DNA of 64,000 nucleotides from an uncultured Chloroflexia bacterium (GTDB taxonomy: Bacteria; Chloroflexota; Dehalococcoidia; DSTF01; JALHUB01), in contig OY969814.1 in the NCBI GenBank assembly GCA_963703345.1, forward strand, positions 64,001 to 128,000. The letters run 5' to 3'. Made by a program: the position numbers and the translations under genes. The number at the start of each line of letters is the position of its first letter. The stretch's first letter is position 1. Below, in pieces: positions 37,198-47,259 of the stretch. A model generated the notes under the pieces. It ran no database searches, was not told where the DNA came from, and saw nothing but the letters and a program-made list of their open reading frames with translations.

Positions 37198-38049
37198 CTA
37201 GACCATAAGCTCGCGCGCTTGGCGCTTTACGTCGCGCGCAGTGATCAGCTCCTCGCCGGCAAGGATCGCTTGAACGCCGCAGTCCGCCACGCGCTCGGTG
37301 TCCGCTCGCTCGCCGAAGCCGTGCTCGCTGATGACGACAACGCCCTCAGGGATGAGCGGTCGCAACCGCTCCGTCGTCGTGAGGTCGGACGTTTGCGTCT
37401 CGTAGTCCAGGTTCTCGATGCCGATCATGACGGCGCCGGCATCCAGCGCCCGCTGGACCTCAACTTCGTTGCGAACTTCCAGCAGGCATTCCAGATCGAG
37501 CTCCGCTGCCAGCGTCATGAGCTCGCGCAGCTCGCGGTCGGAGAGGATGGCGGGCAGCAGCGCGATGGCGTCGGCGCCGAAAGCACGCGATTCCCATATG
37601 TGGTAGGGGTCGAAGAGGAAGTCGCGGCGGAGGATGGCGGGACGGCCGCCGGGATAGTAGCCGTCGAGGATGTTGCGCGTCTGGAGCAGGTGGTCGATGT
37701 GCCCCATATAGTGCTTTGCCTCGGTGACGACCGCAACCGCGGTGACGCCGCTGTGCGTGTAAGCGCGGGGGAGGCCCTGGCGCTCCAAGTCGTTGACCAG
37801 CCGTCCGCGACCGGGCACGGCCTTCTTGACCTCGGCGATGAGCTGGACGCGTTTGCCACCGTTCAACGGACCGCGCGGCCCTTCCAGGATTGCCCGCATG
37901 AGACTCCACTGCTCCGCGCGGCCCTCCTTCTGGTCCGTGAGCTGCTTTATCCGTCGCTTGAGAGAGTCGAGCGGCTCCTTCTGCTGTCGATTGGACAGCT
38001 CTTCGCGCTTGGCGGCGACGACGGCTTCGAGGAACGATTGACCGGTCAT
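37198..38049 (-). CDS. trpC: Divergent indole-3-glycerol-phosphate synthase (TrpC-fold) protein
   Basis: IAEVKK, LRRDFL, GADAI, LLEV, DLTTTERL, ISEHG; several catalytic positions substituted. Confidence 0.65.
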   Translation of the reverse strand: MTGQSFLEAVVAAKREELSNRQQKEPLDSLKRRIKQLTDQKEGRAEQWSLMRAILEGPRGPLNGGKRVQLIAEVKKAVPGRGRLVNDLERQGLPRAYTHSGVTAVAVVTEAKHYMGHIDHLLQTRNILDGYYPGGRPAILRRDFLFDPYHIWESRAFGADAIALLPAILSDRELRELMTLAAELDLECLLEVRNEVEVQRALDAGAVMIGIENLDYETQTSDLTTTERLRPLIPEGVVVISEHGFGERADTERVADCGVQAILAGEELITARDVKRQARELMV

Positions 38050-38250
38050 AGCGCTCTCAGTATGCGGGTGAAGGCTGCTTCTGGTCGAGGCGGCGCTAGA
38101 GGTCGTATGTGTCTTCGGAGCGGCGGCGAATGCTCGGTACCACGATGAGCTGGATCGCGTCCGATACAGTGTGGAGCGGCCGGCAACTGCCGATGCGGAG
38201 TCTCCAGGTAAGCCAATTGGCAGGGCGTCAATCGGCGAACGGGAGAGGTT

Positions 38251-39540
38251 CTAAAGGATGGGCTTGACGATGATCGCCTGCTCGCGCTCCGGGCCAACGG
38301 AGACCAGCGCCACCGGCACGCCGATTAGCTGCTCCAATCGTTTCACGTAGTCGCGCGCATGCCGCGGCAAGTCCTCGAAGCGACGGACGTGCGTTGTCGG
38401 CTCCTGCCAGCCCGGTAGCTCCTCGAAGATGGGCTCGCAGCAGGCAAGGCGCCCAAGGCTGGCCGGGAAGCGGTCGACGGGCACGCCGTCGATCTGGTAG
38501 GCGGTGCAGACCTTCACGCTGGCGAACGTGTCCAGCACGTCGAGGCGGGTGATCACGGCGCCGGAAAGGCCGTTCAGGCGCGCGGTGTAGCGGGCGGCGA
38601 CGGCGTCGAACCAGCCGCAGCGACGCGGACGGCCCGTGGTGGCGCCGTACTCCTGTCCCTTCTCGCGCAGCTCATCGCCAAGACCGCCCTTCAACTCCGT
38701 CGGCATAGGGCCGTTGCCAACGCGCGTTTGATACGCCTTGTAAACGGCGACCACGCGCGTGATCTGCGTCGGGCCGATGCCGATGCCCAGGCCGGCGCCG
38801 GCGGCCGTCGACGAGGGAACGGACGAGGTGACGTACTCGTAAGTGCCAGAGTCGAGGTCGAGCAGCGAGCCCTGCGCGCCCTCCAGGAGGATCGATTCGC
38901 CGCGCGCCAGCGCCTCCTGGACCATGTCGGCGGTATCGGCGACGAACGGGGCAAGGCGGCGGCCGTAGTCGCGGTACGGCTCGTAGACTTCGTCGAATGT
39001 AAGCGGCGGGAGGCCGTACAGCTTCTGCAGCACGGCGTTCTTGTAGGGGAGCACCAGCGACAGGCGCTCGCGGAAGGCGTCGGGATTGATGAGATCGACC
39101 ATACGGACACCGATGCGGCCGACTTTGTCGACAAACGCCGGTCCGACGCCGCGGAAAGTGGTGCCGATTGCCGCCGCGCCGCGCAGTTCCTCGTCCGCGC
39201 GGTCGATGAGGACGTGATAGGGCATGATGATGTGGCAGCGATTGCTGACGTAAAGGTTCTTGACGCTGACGCCCTTCGACTGGAGCCCTTCGATCTCCTC
39301 CAGCAGGACCGCCGGGTCGATGACGACGCCGTTGCCGATGAGGCAGGCCTTGTCGCCGTAGAAGATGCCGGCGGGCACCAGGTGGAGGCGGAATGTGCCC
39401 ATGTCGTTGACGACCGTGTGTCCGGCGTTGTTCCCGGCCGAGTAGCGGGCAACGATGGAGGCGTTCTGGGCGAGGAGGTCGATAGTCCTGCCCTTGCCTT
39501 CGTCGCCCCACTGGCCGCCGATGACTACTATTACCGGCAT
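38251..39540 (-). CDS. purA: Adenylosuccinate synthetase
   Basis: GGQWGDEGKG, NAGHT, EGAQG, TRVGNGP, GATTGRPRRCGWFD; alternative GTG start at 39567. Confidence 0.97.
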   Translation of the reverse strand: MPVIVVIGGQWGDEGKGRTIDLLAQNASIVARYSAGNNAGHTVVNDMGTFRLHLVPAGIFYGDKACLIGNGVVIDPAVLLEEIEGLQSKGVSVKNLYVSNRCHIIMPYHVLIDRADEELRGAAAIGTTFRGVGPAFVDKVGRIGVRMVDLINPDAFRERLSLVLPYKNAVLQKLYGLPPLTFDEVYEPYRDYGRRLAPFVADTADMVQEALARGESILLEGAQGSLLDLDSGTYEYVTSSVPSSTAAGAGLGIGIGPTQITRVVAVYKAYQTRVGNGPMPTELKGGLGDELREKGQEYGATTGRPRRCGWFDAVAARYTARLNGLSGAVITRLDVLDTFASVKVCTAYQIDGVPVDRFPASLGRLACCEPIFEELPGWQEPTTHVRRFEDLPRHARDYVKRLEQLIGVPVALVSVGPEREQAIIVKPIL

Positions 39541-39782
39541 GAATTTACCCCGATGGGATCGGGGCACACCTCCTTCCTCGCATACGGGATCCGAGCCGCC
39601 GCAGAGTATAGCAGAGAGAGCGATCCAATGGAAGGGCGCTCTCGCGTCGCCTTCCAGGCCGACCGGTCTTGCCCGACACGACCTTGCGCCCGCGTTGCGG
39701 CCGTACTATGATCTTACTGTCGGTTTCACGGGGACCCGCTTGAGGCGGACAAGGTGTGGCTGCCCAAGGGCAGGAGGTTTGT

Positions 39783-41240
39783 TTGACCAGTCCCCGCGAG
39801 TATTGCGGCGTCTTTGGGGTTTACGCTTCCGGTGAAGATGCCGCAAGGGTGACCTTCTACGGCCTATACGCGCTCCAGCACAGAGGTCAGGAGAGCGCGG
39901 GAATCGTCACAGCCGACGGCCACGAGCTCCACAACCGCGTCGGCATGGGCCTTGTCTCCCAGGTTTTCGACGAAGAGGACCTTGCTCACCTGCGCGGCAA
40001 CCTGGCAATAGGCCACACCCGCTACTCCACTACCGGCTCCAGCCAGCCAAAGAACGCTCAGCCTTTCCGCGTCTCGGGACCGAACGGCGAGATAGCCCTC
40101 GGCCACAACGGCAACCTGGTCAACGCCGAGATGCTGCGGATCGACCTCGAAGAGGAGGGCCACGAGTTTCGCACGGCGACCGATTCTGAGGTGATGGCGC
40201 GAATTCTCGCCTTCGCGCCGGGGAACTCCTGGCCCCAGCGCTTCGCCCACATGATGCGACGCGTGCAGGGCGCGTATTGCGTGGTCGTCCTCACGCCCGA
40301 GGCCCTCTTCGCCGCGCGCGACCCCCTGGGTGTGCGTCCGCTCTGCCTGGGGCGGCTGAACGGCGGCTGGGTGGTCGCCTCCGAGAGTTGCGCCTTCGAT
40401 CACCTGGGCGCCACGTTCCTGCGCGAGGTCGAGCCGGGCGAAGTCATCCAGATCAACGGCCGCGGCGTTCGCAGCTTCCGGCCGCTGGAGAGCAACCGAA
40501 GCGCCTTCTGCGTGTTCGAGTACATCTATTTCGCCCGCCCCGATAGCGTGATTCGCGGCAAGCTGCTCTACCCGGTGCGCATGGCCATGGGGGCCCGCCT
40601 GGCGCGCGAGTACCCGGTGGACGCCGACGTCGTGATGGGCGTGCCGGACTCCGCCATCGCAGCCGCTATCGGCTACTCACAGGAGTCGGGCATACCGTTC
40701 GTCGAGGGGCTGGTCAAGAACCGCTACGTCGGCCGGACGTTCATCATGCCCGACCAGCGCATCCGCGAGGTCGGCGTGCAGCTCAAGTTCAACCCGCTGC
40801 CGGAGATACTGGGCGGAAAGCGGGTCATCGTCGTCGATGACAGTATCGTTCGAGGGACGACGACGCCGCGCGTGGTCGAGATGCTGCGGCACGCCGGCGC
40901 CCGCGAGGTGCACATGCGAATCACGGCGCCACCGATCACGCATCCCTGCTTCTTCGGCGTGGACATGGCGGCCCGCTGGGAGCTGATCGCCGCAAAGAAG
41001 ACGGTGCCCGAGATACGCGAGCACATCGCCGCCGACAGTCTGGGCTATCTGAGCCTGGAAGGCCTCGTCGAGTCGATAGGCCTGCCGCAGGACACGTTCT
41101 GCCTGGCCTGCTTCACGGGCGAGTACCCGCTGCCGGTGCCTTTGCAGATGGACAAGCTTGCGCTGGAAGCCCCGGCGACCGCCCGCGACCGGCACGACTT
41201 CGAGTGGGTGGAGAGCGCGCCGGTCCCATTCTCTAGCTGA
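39783..41240 (+). CDS. purF: Amidophosphoribosyltransferase
   Basis: CGVFG, LQHRGQESAG, GHTRYST, FEYIYFARPDS, VDDSIVRGTT. Confidence 0.97.
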   Translation: MTSPREYCGVFGVYASGEDAARVTFYGLYALQHRGQESAGIVTADGHELHNRVGMGLVSQVFDEEDLAHLRGNLAIGHTRYSTTGSSQPKNAQPFRVSGPNGEIALGHNGNLVNAEMLRIDLEEEGHEFRTATDSEVMARILAFAPGNSWPQRFAHMMRRVQGAYCVVVLTPEALFAARDPLGVRPLCLGRLNGGWVVASESCAFDHLGATFLREVEPGEVIQINGRGVRSFRPLESNRSAFCVFEYIYFARPDSVIRGKLLYPVRMAMGARLAREYPVDADVVMGVPDSAIAAAIGYSQESGIPFVEGLVKNRYVGRTFIMPDQRIREVGVQLKFNPLPEILGGKRVIVVDDSIVRGTTTPRVVEMLRHAGAREVHMRITAPPITHPCFFGVDMAARWELIAAKKTVPEIREHIAADSLGYLSLEGLVESIGLPQDTFCLACFTGEYPLPVPLQMDKLALEAPATARDRHDFEWVESAPVPFSS

Positions 41241-41299
41241 CCTCCGGGCGCGTCTGCGTCGAACGCGGAGCACGATTTGCCCGGCTCCAAAGGACTTCC

Positions 41300-42349
41300 G
41301 TGAGCACAGCCAGCGATAGCGGTAAGGCGTATTTGGCCGCCGGCGTGGACATCGATGCCGGCAGCCGACTGGCCGCCCGAATCAAAGAGATCGTCGCCAC
41401 GACGCGCCGGCCGGAGGTGCTTGCCGGCGTCGGGCCATTCGCCTCGCTCTTTCGGCTGGGCGAGTACCGCGAGCCGGTGCTTGTCGCCAGCGCCGACGGC
41501 GTCGGCACGAAGCTGAACGTCGCCGTCGCCATGCGCCGCTTCGACACCATCGGCGTCGATCTCGTCAATCACTCCGTCAACGACATCCTGACCACCGGCG
41601 CCGAGCCGCTGTTCTTCCTGGATTACATCGCCAGCGCGAGCCTTACTGAGGACGACAAGGTGGCGATTATGCGCGGCATGGCTTCCGCCTGCCGGGACGT
41701 CGGCTGCGCGCTGACGGGCGGCGAGACGGCGGACATGCCGGACGTCTACTTGCCGCGCGCCTTCGACCTCGCAGGGTTCATCGTCGGCGTCGTGGAGCGC
41801 GACGCGATCATCGACGGCAGCGCCATCCGGGAGGGCGACGCGCTCCTCGGGCTGCCGTCCAACGGGCTGCACACGAACGGCTATTCGCTGGCCAGGCGCG
41901 TGTTCAACGTCGGCCTTGGCGGCGATCCGGAGACGGAGAAAGCGGCGCTCTACCACACCTACCCGGAGCTCGGCGTCACCCTGGGCGAGGCGCTGCTGGC
42001 GCCGCATCGCTGCTACTATCGAGAAGTGAAGCCGGTGCTGCCGCAGGTGAAGGGCATTGCCCACATCACGGGCGGCGGCCTGATCGACAACGTGCCGCGC
42101 ATTCTGCCGGAGGGCCTGGCCGCCCGCATCGGCAGGGGCACGTGGAAGGTGCCGCCCATCTTTACGCTGATCCAGCGAGAGGGTAACGTGAGCGACGACG
42201 AGATGTACCACGTCTTCAACATGGGCCTGGGCATGATACTCGTCTGCGCCATGTCCGAGATCAAGCGGGTGCGCTCGCGGTTGCCAGAGGCGCGGCTTGT
42301 TGGCGAGGTCGTCGCGCAGGCTGGCGAGAAGCGCGTGATCATTGCGTAG
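41300..42349 (+). CDS. purM: Phosphoribosylformylglycinamidine cyclo-ligase (AIR synthetase)
   Basis: AGVDI, DGVGTK, PLFFLDY, GGETA, GLHTNGYSL, HITGGG, FNMGLG. Confidence 0.97.
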   Translation: MSTASDSGKAYLAAGVDIDAGSRLAARIKEIVATTRRPEVLAGVGPFASLFRLGEYREPVLVASADGVGTKLNVAVAMRRFDTIGVDLVNHSVNDILTTGAEPLFFLDYIASASLTEDDKVAIMRGMASACRDVGCALTGGETADMPDVYLPRAFDLAGFIVGVVERDAIIDGSAIREGDALLGLPSNGLHTNGYSLARRVFNVGLGGDPETEKAALYHTYPELGVTLGEALLAPHRCYYREVKPVLPQVKGIAHITGGGLIDNVPRILPEGLAARIGRGTWKVPPIFTLIQREGNVSDDEMYHVFNMGLGMILVCAMSEIKRVRSRLPEARLVGEVVAQAGEKRVIIA

Positions 42350-42367
42350 ATTGAACCGACCGGGGGA

Positions 42368-43897
42368 ATGATGAAGGGAATCATCAGCGTTCATGACAAG
42401 GCGGGACTGTCTGAGTTCGCGCGCGGGCTGGCCGCTGTCGGCGTCGAGCTGTACTCCACCGGCGGAACCTACGCGACGCTCGATCGGGCGGGCGTTGCGG
42501 TCAAGTCCATATCCGCGCTTACGGGCTTCCCGGAGATCCTCGACGGCCGCGTCAAGACGCTTCATCCGATCGTTCACGCCGGCATTCTCGCCCGCCGCGA
42601 GCTGGCGGCCCACCGCGAGGAGTTGGAGCGACAGGGCATCAGCCCCATCGACCTCGTCGTCGTCAATCTCTACCCGTTCGTCCAGACCGTCACCAAGCCG
42701 GGCGTCACGCTCGAGGACGCGCTGGAGAACATCGATATCGGCGGGCCGACGATGCTGCGCGCCGCCGCGAAGAACTTCCCGAACGTCATCGTCGTCGTCG
42801 ACCCGGAGGACTACGAGCCTCTGCTGGAGATGCTGCGCGCCGGCTCAGTACCGCAGCCGGAGCGCCGTCGCCTGGCGCAGAAGGCCTTTCAGCACGTCGC
42901 GACCTACGACTCCGCCATCGCCCAGTATTTGCGCGAGCCGCAGGACATCCTGCCGGAATCCTTCACTATCGCCCTCAGCAAGCTCTTCGACACGCGCTAC
43001 GGCGAGAACCCACACCAGCGCGCGGCCTTCTACCAAGAGGAGAGCGTCGTCGAGCCGAAGCCGGGCGGCATCGTCGGCGCCGAGCAACTACACGGCAAGG
43101 AGCTCTCCTACAACAACGTCATGGACGCCGATGCGGCCTGGAACGCGGCCTGCGATTTTCCGGGGCCGACCGTCGTCGTCGTCAAGCACACGAACCCCTG
43201 CGGACTGGCCAGTCACGCGGACCTGGCGGAGGCATACCGTCACGCCTTTGCCGGCGACCCCGTCTCCGCCTTTGGGGGCATCGTCGCCGTCAACCGGCCC
43301 TTCACTCTGGCCGTCGCCGAGGAGATCGGCAAGACGTTCTATGAGATCATCATCGCACCAGACTACGAGGAGGAGGCACTGGCCCTTCTGCGGAAGAAGC
43401 GCGACCTGCGCATCCTGCGGGCCGCGGCGCCGTCGTTGGCCGGCTTGGACTACCGGCGCGTGGTCGGTGGCCTGCTCGTCCAGGAGCGCGACAACGTCCC
43501 CGACGAGCGCATTGAACCGAAGGTGGTGACGCAGCGCCTGCCGACCGACGCCGAAATGCGCGACCTGCTGTTCGCCAATCGGGCGATCAAGCACATCAAA
43601 TCGAACGCCATCGCCTTCGTGAAGGACGCGGCGCTGCTGGGGATGGGCGCCGGCCAGCCGAATCGCGTGACCAGCGTCATGCTGGCAGCGCGCGCAGCCG
43701 GCGAGAAGGCCAGGGGCGCGGTGATGGCCTCCGATGCCTTCTTCCCGTTCCCGGACGGGATCGAGACGGCGGCGGCGGCGGGAATCACGGCCGTGATCCA
43801 GCCCGGCGGCTCGATCCGCGACCAGGAGGCGATTGCCGCCGCTGACGCGCACGGTATGGCGATGGTGTTCACCGGCCAGCGCCACTTCAAGCACTAG
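42368..43897 (+). CDS. purH: Bifunctional AICAR transformylase/IMP cyclohydrolase
   Basis: STGGT, GRVKTLHP, IDIGGP, RYGENPHQ, KHTNPCG, SDAFFPF, RHFKH. Confidence 0.97.
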   Translation: MMKGIISVHDKAGLSEFARGLAAVGVELYSTGGTYATLDRAGVAVKSISALTGFPEILDGRVKTLHPIVHAGILARRELAAHREELERQGISPIDLVVVNLYPFVQTVTKPGVTLEDALENIDIGGPTMLRAAAKNFPNVIVVVDPEDYEPLLEMLRAGSVPQPERRRLAQKAFQHVATYDSAIAQYLREPQDILPESFTIALSKLFDTRYGENPHQRAAFYQEESVVEPKPGGIVGAEQLHGKELSYNNVMDADAAWNAACDFPGPTVVVVKHTNPCGLASHADLAEAYRHAFAGDPVSAFGGIVAVNRPFTLAVAEEIGKTFYEIIIAPDYEEEALALLRKKRDLRILRAAAPSLAGLDYRRVVGGLLVQERDNVPDERIEPKVVTQRLPTDAEMRDLLFANRAIKHIKSNAIAFVKDAALLGMGAGQPNRVTSVMLAARAAGEKARGAVMASDAFFPFPDGIETAAAAGITAVIQPGGSIRDQEAIAAADAHGMAMVFTGQRHFKH

Positions 43898-43913
43898 ACG
43901 GCCGCGACGAATC

Positions 43914-45014
43914 ATGTCCGCGCGTGACGAGTCAGAAATCGGCGACCTTCCCGAGATGGTCGCGGCCCTTTCCGACGGCGAGAAGGCCGTCTTCCGCCGC
44001 ATCTTCCGCGTCGACGCTGTCGAAGGGCGCATCATTCCGCCGGATTCGATGCGACCCTGGATAGAGCGGCAGTTCGGCGCAGTCGAGCCGACCCTCTCCC
44101 AACGAATCGTCCGCGTCACCAACCTTGTTACCGGCCGCGGCGCTCTCTTCAACCCCCTCCGCTCGCGACGCCCGCACTCGCCGAGCGACCAGACGGCGGC
44201 CGGCCTGGAATCGGCGGTCGCCAACGACCGCGACGACCCGCTGACCGACGCCCTGGGGAACACGCCGGCGGACATCTTTGGGCGAATCGAGGGGAAGTAC
44301 TGCGTGACGGGCGCCAACGTCGCCAAGTTCGACGGTTTCCACTCGCTGATCATCTTCAAGGAGCACAACCCGCTTCGCTTCTACCGCGAGATGCTGCACG
44401 ACTACATCGACACCGGCGTTCGCTGGGCGCAAGCGGCGCACGCGGTCGAGCCGGCGGCAAGGTATTTCCTCTTCGTGTGGAACTGCCTCTGGCGGGCCGG
44501 CGCGTCTCTCGTGCACGGGCATGCGCAGGTTCTGCTCGGGCGGGAGGCGCACTATCCGGCAGTGGAATTCCTTCGCCGCGCGGCGCTGGCCTATCGCTCT
44601 CGTTATGATCGCGACTACTTCGACGACTTGTACCGCGCTCACGCGGCCGTCGGTTGCGGTGTGGAGAAAGAGGGCGTGCGCATCCTGGCGAACCTGGCGC
44701 CGCTGAAGGAGAACGAAGTCCTGCTCCTGGCGCCGGCGCTCGACGTCTCGCTGAAGGACCGCGCCTACGAGGTGCTGGCCTGCCTGCGCGACCGGCTCGG
44801 CGTCGTCTCATTCAACCTGGCGCTTTACCTGCCGCCGATTCCGCCGGTCGATGAGGATTGGAGCGGCTTCCCGGCCATCGTCCACATCGTCGACCGGGGC
44901 GACCTGGCGCAACGGACGAGCGACATCGGCGCAATGGAGCTATACGCCGCAAGTGTCATAACCGGCGACCCCTTGCAGTTGGCGCGTCTGCTGAAGGATA
45001 CTTTGGGCGCATAA
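43914..45014 (+). CDS. GalT-like (HIT superfamily) nucleotidyltransferase/hydrolase
   Basis: FNPLRSRRP, WNCLWRAGASLVHGHAQ resembles the GalT N..G.S..HxHxQ motif. Confidence 0.6.
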   Translation: MSARDESEIGDLPEMVAALSDGEKAVFRRIFRVDAVEGRIIPPDSMRPWIERQFGAVEPTLSQRIVRVTNLVTGRGALFNPLRSRRPHSPSDQTAAGLESAVANDRDDPLTDALGNTPADIFGRIEGKYCVTGANVAKFDGFHSLIIFKEHNPLRFYREMLHDYIDTGVRWAQAAHAVEPAARYFLFVWNCLWRAGASLVHGHAQVLLGREAHYPAVEFLRRAALAYRSRYDRDYFDDLYRAHAAVGCGVEKEGVRILANLAPLKENEVLLLAPALDVSLKDRAYEVLACLRDRLGVVSFNLALYLPPIPPVDEDWSGFPAIVHIVDRGDLAQRTSDIGAMELYAASVITGDPLQLARLLKDTLGA

Positions 45015-45032
45015 ACGCAGGAGGAATACCCG

Positions 45033-45758
45033 ATGGCGAACGTCGACGTAGTCATCCCCGTCTACAACGAAGAGCACGTGCTGGCTCAGAGCGTCGCGAC
45101 CTTGCGGGAGTTCCTGCGCGACAATCTGCCGCACATCTGGCGCATCGTCATCGCCGACAACGCGTCAACGGACGGGACGCTGGCGGTGGCACAGCGCCTT
45201 GCTGAAGAGCACGTCGACGTTGTGCCGTTCCACATCCCGCAGAAAGGGCGCGGCCGCGCGCTGCGGGCGACATGGCTGGGAAGCGAAGCGGACGTCCTCA
45301 CGTATATGGACGTCGATCTCTCAACCGACATCGCCTTCTTCCCTCCACTTGTGGCCGCCATCGCCGAAGAGGGCTACGACGTTGCGACGGGTTCGCGCTT
45401 GAAGAAAGGCGCCCAGACGACGCGCTCGCCTCGCCGCGAGTTCACTTCCCGCGTCTACAACCTCATGATCAAGGCGTCATTCTGGCCCAGCTTTGAAGAC
45501 GCGCAGTGCGGCTTCAAGGCGATAAGCCGCCAGGCCGCGCGCGAGCTCATCCCGCTGATCAAGAACGAGGAGTGGTTCTTCGACACGGAGCTGCTCATCC
45601 TGGCGGATAAGGGCGGCTACCGCATCAAGGAGATACCGGTACGCTGGCGGGAAGACCCGGACACGCGCGTCAACATCCGCAAGACGGCGATGGAGGACAT
45701 TCGCGGCCTGACGCGCCTGCGCTTCACGAAGATCCCCAAGAAGCCGCCGCGCGAGTAG
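45033..45758 (+). CDS. GT2 polyprenyl-phosphate glycosyltransferase (dolichyl-P glucosyltransferase-like)
   Basis: VIPVYNEE, DNASTDGT, KGRG, MDVDLS, DAQCGFKA, WFFDTELL. Confidence 0.9.
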   Translation: MANVDVVIPVYNEEHVLAQSVATLREFLRDNLPHIWRIVIADNASTDGTLAVAQRLAEEHVDVVPFHIPQKGRGRALRATWLGSEADVLTYMDVDLSTDIAFFPPLVAAIAEEGYDVATGSRLKKGAQTTRSPRREFTSRVYNLMIKASFWPSFEDAQCGFKAISRQAARELIPLIKNEEWFFDTELLILADKGGYRIKEIPVRWREDPDTRVNIRKTAMEDIRGLTRLRFTKIPKKPPRE

Positions 45759-45831
45759 CGCCCCACCCCTCTCCCGCTCGTCAGGCGCCCCAAGTCCACA
45801 GTCGAGCCGAAGAAACCGTCCGCCGGGCTCG

Positions 45832-45860
45832 TTGACAGGATATGCGGGCCTCAATATAAT
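45832..45860 (+). promoter_or_regulatory. Consensus sigma70 promoter for rpsU-yqeY
   Basis: TTGACA-N17-TATAAT. Confidence 0.8.
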
Positions 45861-45906
45861 TTGCCAACCGACAAAATGTAAGCCCGTCGGCGACAGGTTC
45901 ACCGGG

Positions 45907-46086
45907 TTGACGGAAGTAATCGTCCGCGAAAACGAGAGCTTTGAGGCGACGCTGCGACGCTTCACGCGGAAGGTGCAACAGTACGGCATCCTGTCCGAAG
46001 CAAAGCGTCGTGAGCGCTTCGAGAAGCCGAGTGTAAGAAGAAAGCGGAAGGCCGCCGCCAAGCGTCGCAAGAGCGAGCGGCGCTGA
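45907..46086 (+). CDS. rpsU: 30S ribosomal protein bS21
   Basis: VIVRENESFEATLRRF...FEKPSVRRKRK; TTG start. Confidence 0.95.
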   Translation: MTEVIVRENESFEATLRRFTRKVQQYGILSEAKRRERFEKPSVRRKRKAAAKRRKSERR

Positions 46087-46129
46087 CCCGTCCAACATCC
46101 GCAGCGAGAAAGCAGAGCGCAGCATCACC

Positions 46130-46579
46130 ATGCCCATCAAAAACCAGCTCAACGCTGACCTGACTCAGGCCCTCAGAGAGGGCGACGAGACCCGTAAGCG
46201 GACCCTCCGCCTTCTCCTCTCCGTCGTTCACAACGCCGAGATCGAGAAGGGCGGAGAGCTCGACGACAACGGCGTCCTGGGCGTCATCGCCAAGCAGGTG
46301 AAGCAGCGCCGGGAGAGCGCCGAGGAGTTCCGGCGCGGCAGCCGCCAGGACCTCGTCGACAAAGAGGAGGCAGAAGCGGTCGTCCTGCAGACTTACCTGC
46401 CGCCGGCGATGTCGCGCGAGGACATCGAGGCGGCGGCACGCAAAGTGATCGACGAGGTCGGCGCCCAGGGGCCGCGCGACATGGGCAAGGTCATGGGGCC
46501 GCTCACCGCTCAGCTACGCGGTCGCGCGGACGGCGCCGAGGTGAGCGCGGTCGTGCGGGAGCTCCTCGGGCGGATGTGA
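46130..46579 (+). CDS. yqeY: GatB/YqeY domain protein
   Basis: [24 protein letters not shown]; usual position after rpsU. Confidence 0.92.
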   Translation: MPIKNQLNADLTQALREGDETRKRTLRLLLSVVHNAEIEKGGELDDNGVLGVIAKQVKQRRESAEEFRRGSRQDLVDKEEAEAVVLQTYLPPAMSREDIEAAARKVIDEVGAQGPRDMGKVMGPLTAQLRGRADGAEVSAVVRELLGRM

Positions 46580-46605
46580 CGGTAGGTCGCGCGGCGGCCG
46601 AGCGC

Positions 46606-46635
46606 TTGACACTCTTGCGTCATATCACGTAAAGT
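46606..46635 (+). promoter_or_regulatory. Putative str operon promoter
   Basis: TTGACA-N18-TAAAGT. Confidence 0.5.
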
Positions 46636-46808
46636 ATGTGTTTGGCGCTGAACGACAGAGCCAAGTAAGGTCGAAAGACCTCAGATTGACTACGGTCAGC
46701 GATAGTGGAGCGCCTCGCGCTTCACGCTGTACTGGCTCAGAATCAGGCTTTCGGCCTTTTGCTGTCCTGAGAACCAGCCAGTCCAAGATTCCTGAGAGAG
46801 GTATATCC

Positions 46809-47237
46809 GTGCCCACGATAAGCCAGTTGGTGCGCAAGGGCAGGAAAAAGCTCATCAAGAAGACGAAGGCGCCCGCCCTGCGTTTCACGTATAACGCTCT
46901 GAAGAACCGCACGGAGAAGGGCGCGGGTTCGCCGCAGAAGCGCGGCGTTTGCACGCAGGTCCGGACGATGACGCCGAAGAAGCCGAACTCGGCGCTGCGG
47001 AAGATAGCGCGTGTGCGGCTCACGAACGGCATTGAAGTGACAGCGTACATTCCCGGAGAAGGGCACAGCCTGCAGGAGCACTCGGTCGTGCTAATCCGCG
47101 GCGGACGCGTCAAAGACTTGCCCGGCGTGCGCTATCATGTCATTCGCGGTGCACTCGATGCCCAGGGCGTCGACGGGCGCAACCGCGGTCGCAGCAAGTA
47201 CGGGACGCGCAAAGCCGGCGGAAAGTCAAAGACATAG
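46809..47237 (+). CDS. rpsL: 30S ribosomal protein uS12
   Basis: [31 protein letters not shown]. Confidence 0.98.
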   Translation: MPTISQLVRKGRKKLIKKTKAPALRFTYNALKNRTEKGAGSPQKRGVCTQVRTMTPKKPNSALRKIARVRLTNGIEVTAYIPGEGHSLQEHSVVLIRGGRVKDLPGVRYHVIRGALDAQGVDGRNRGRSKYGTRKAGGKSKT

Positions 47238-47259
47238 TCGATAGCGGAGAGAGCCGAAC

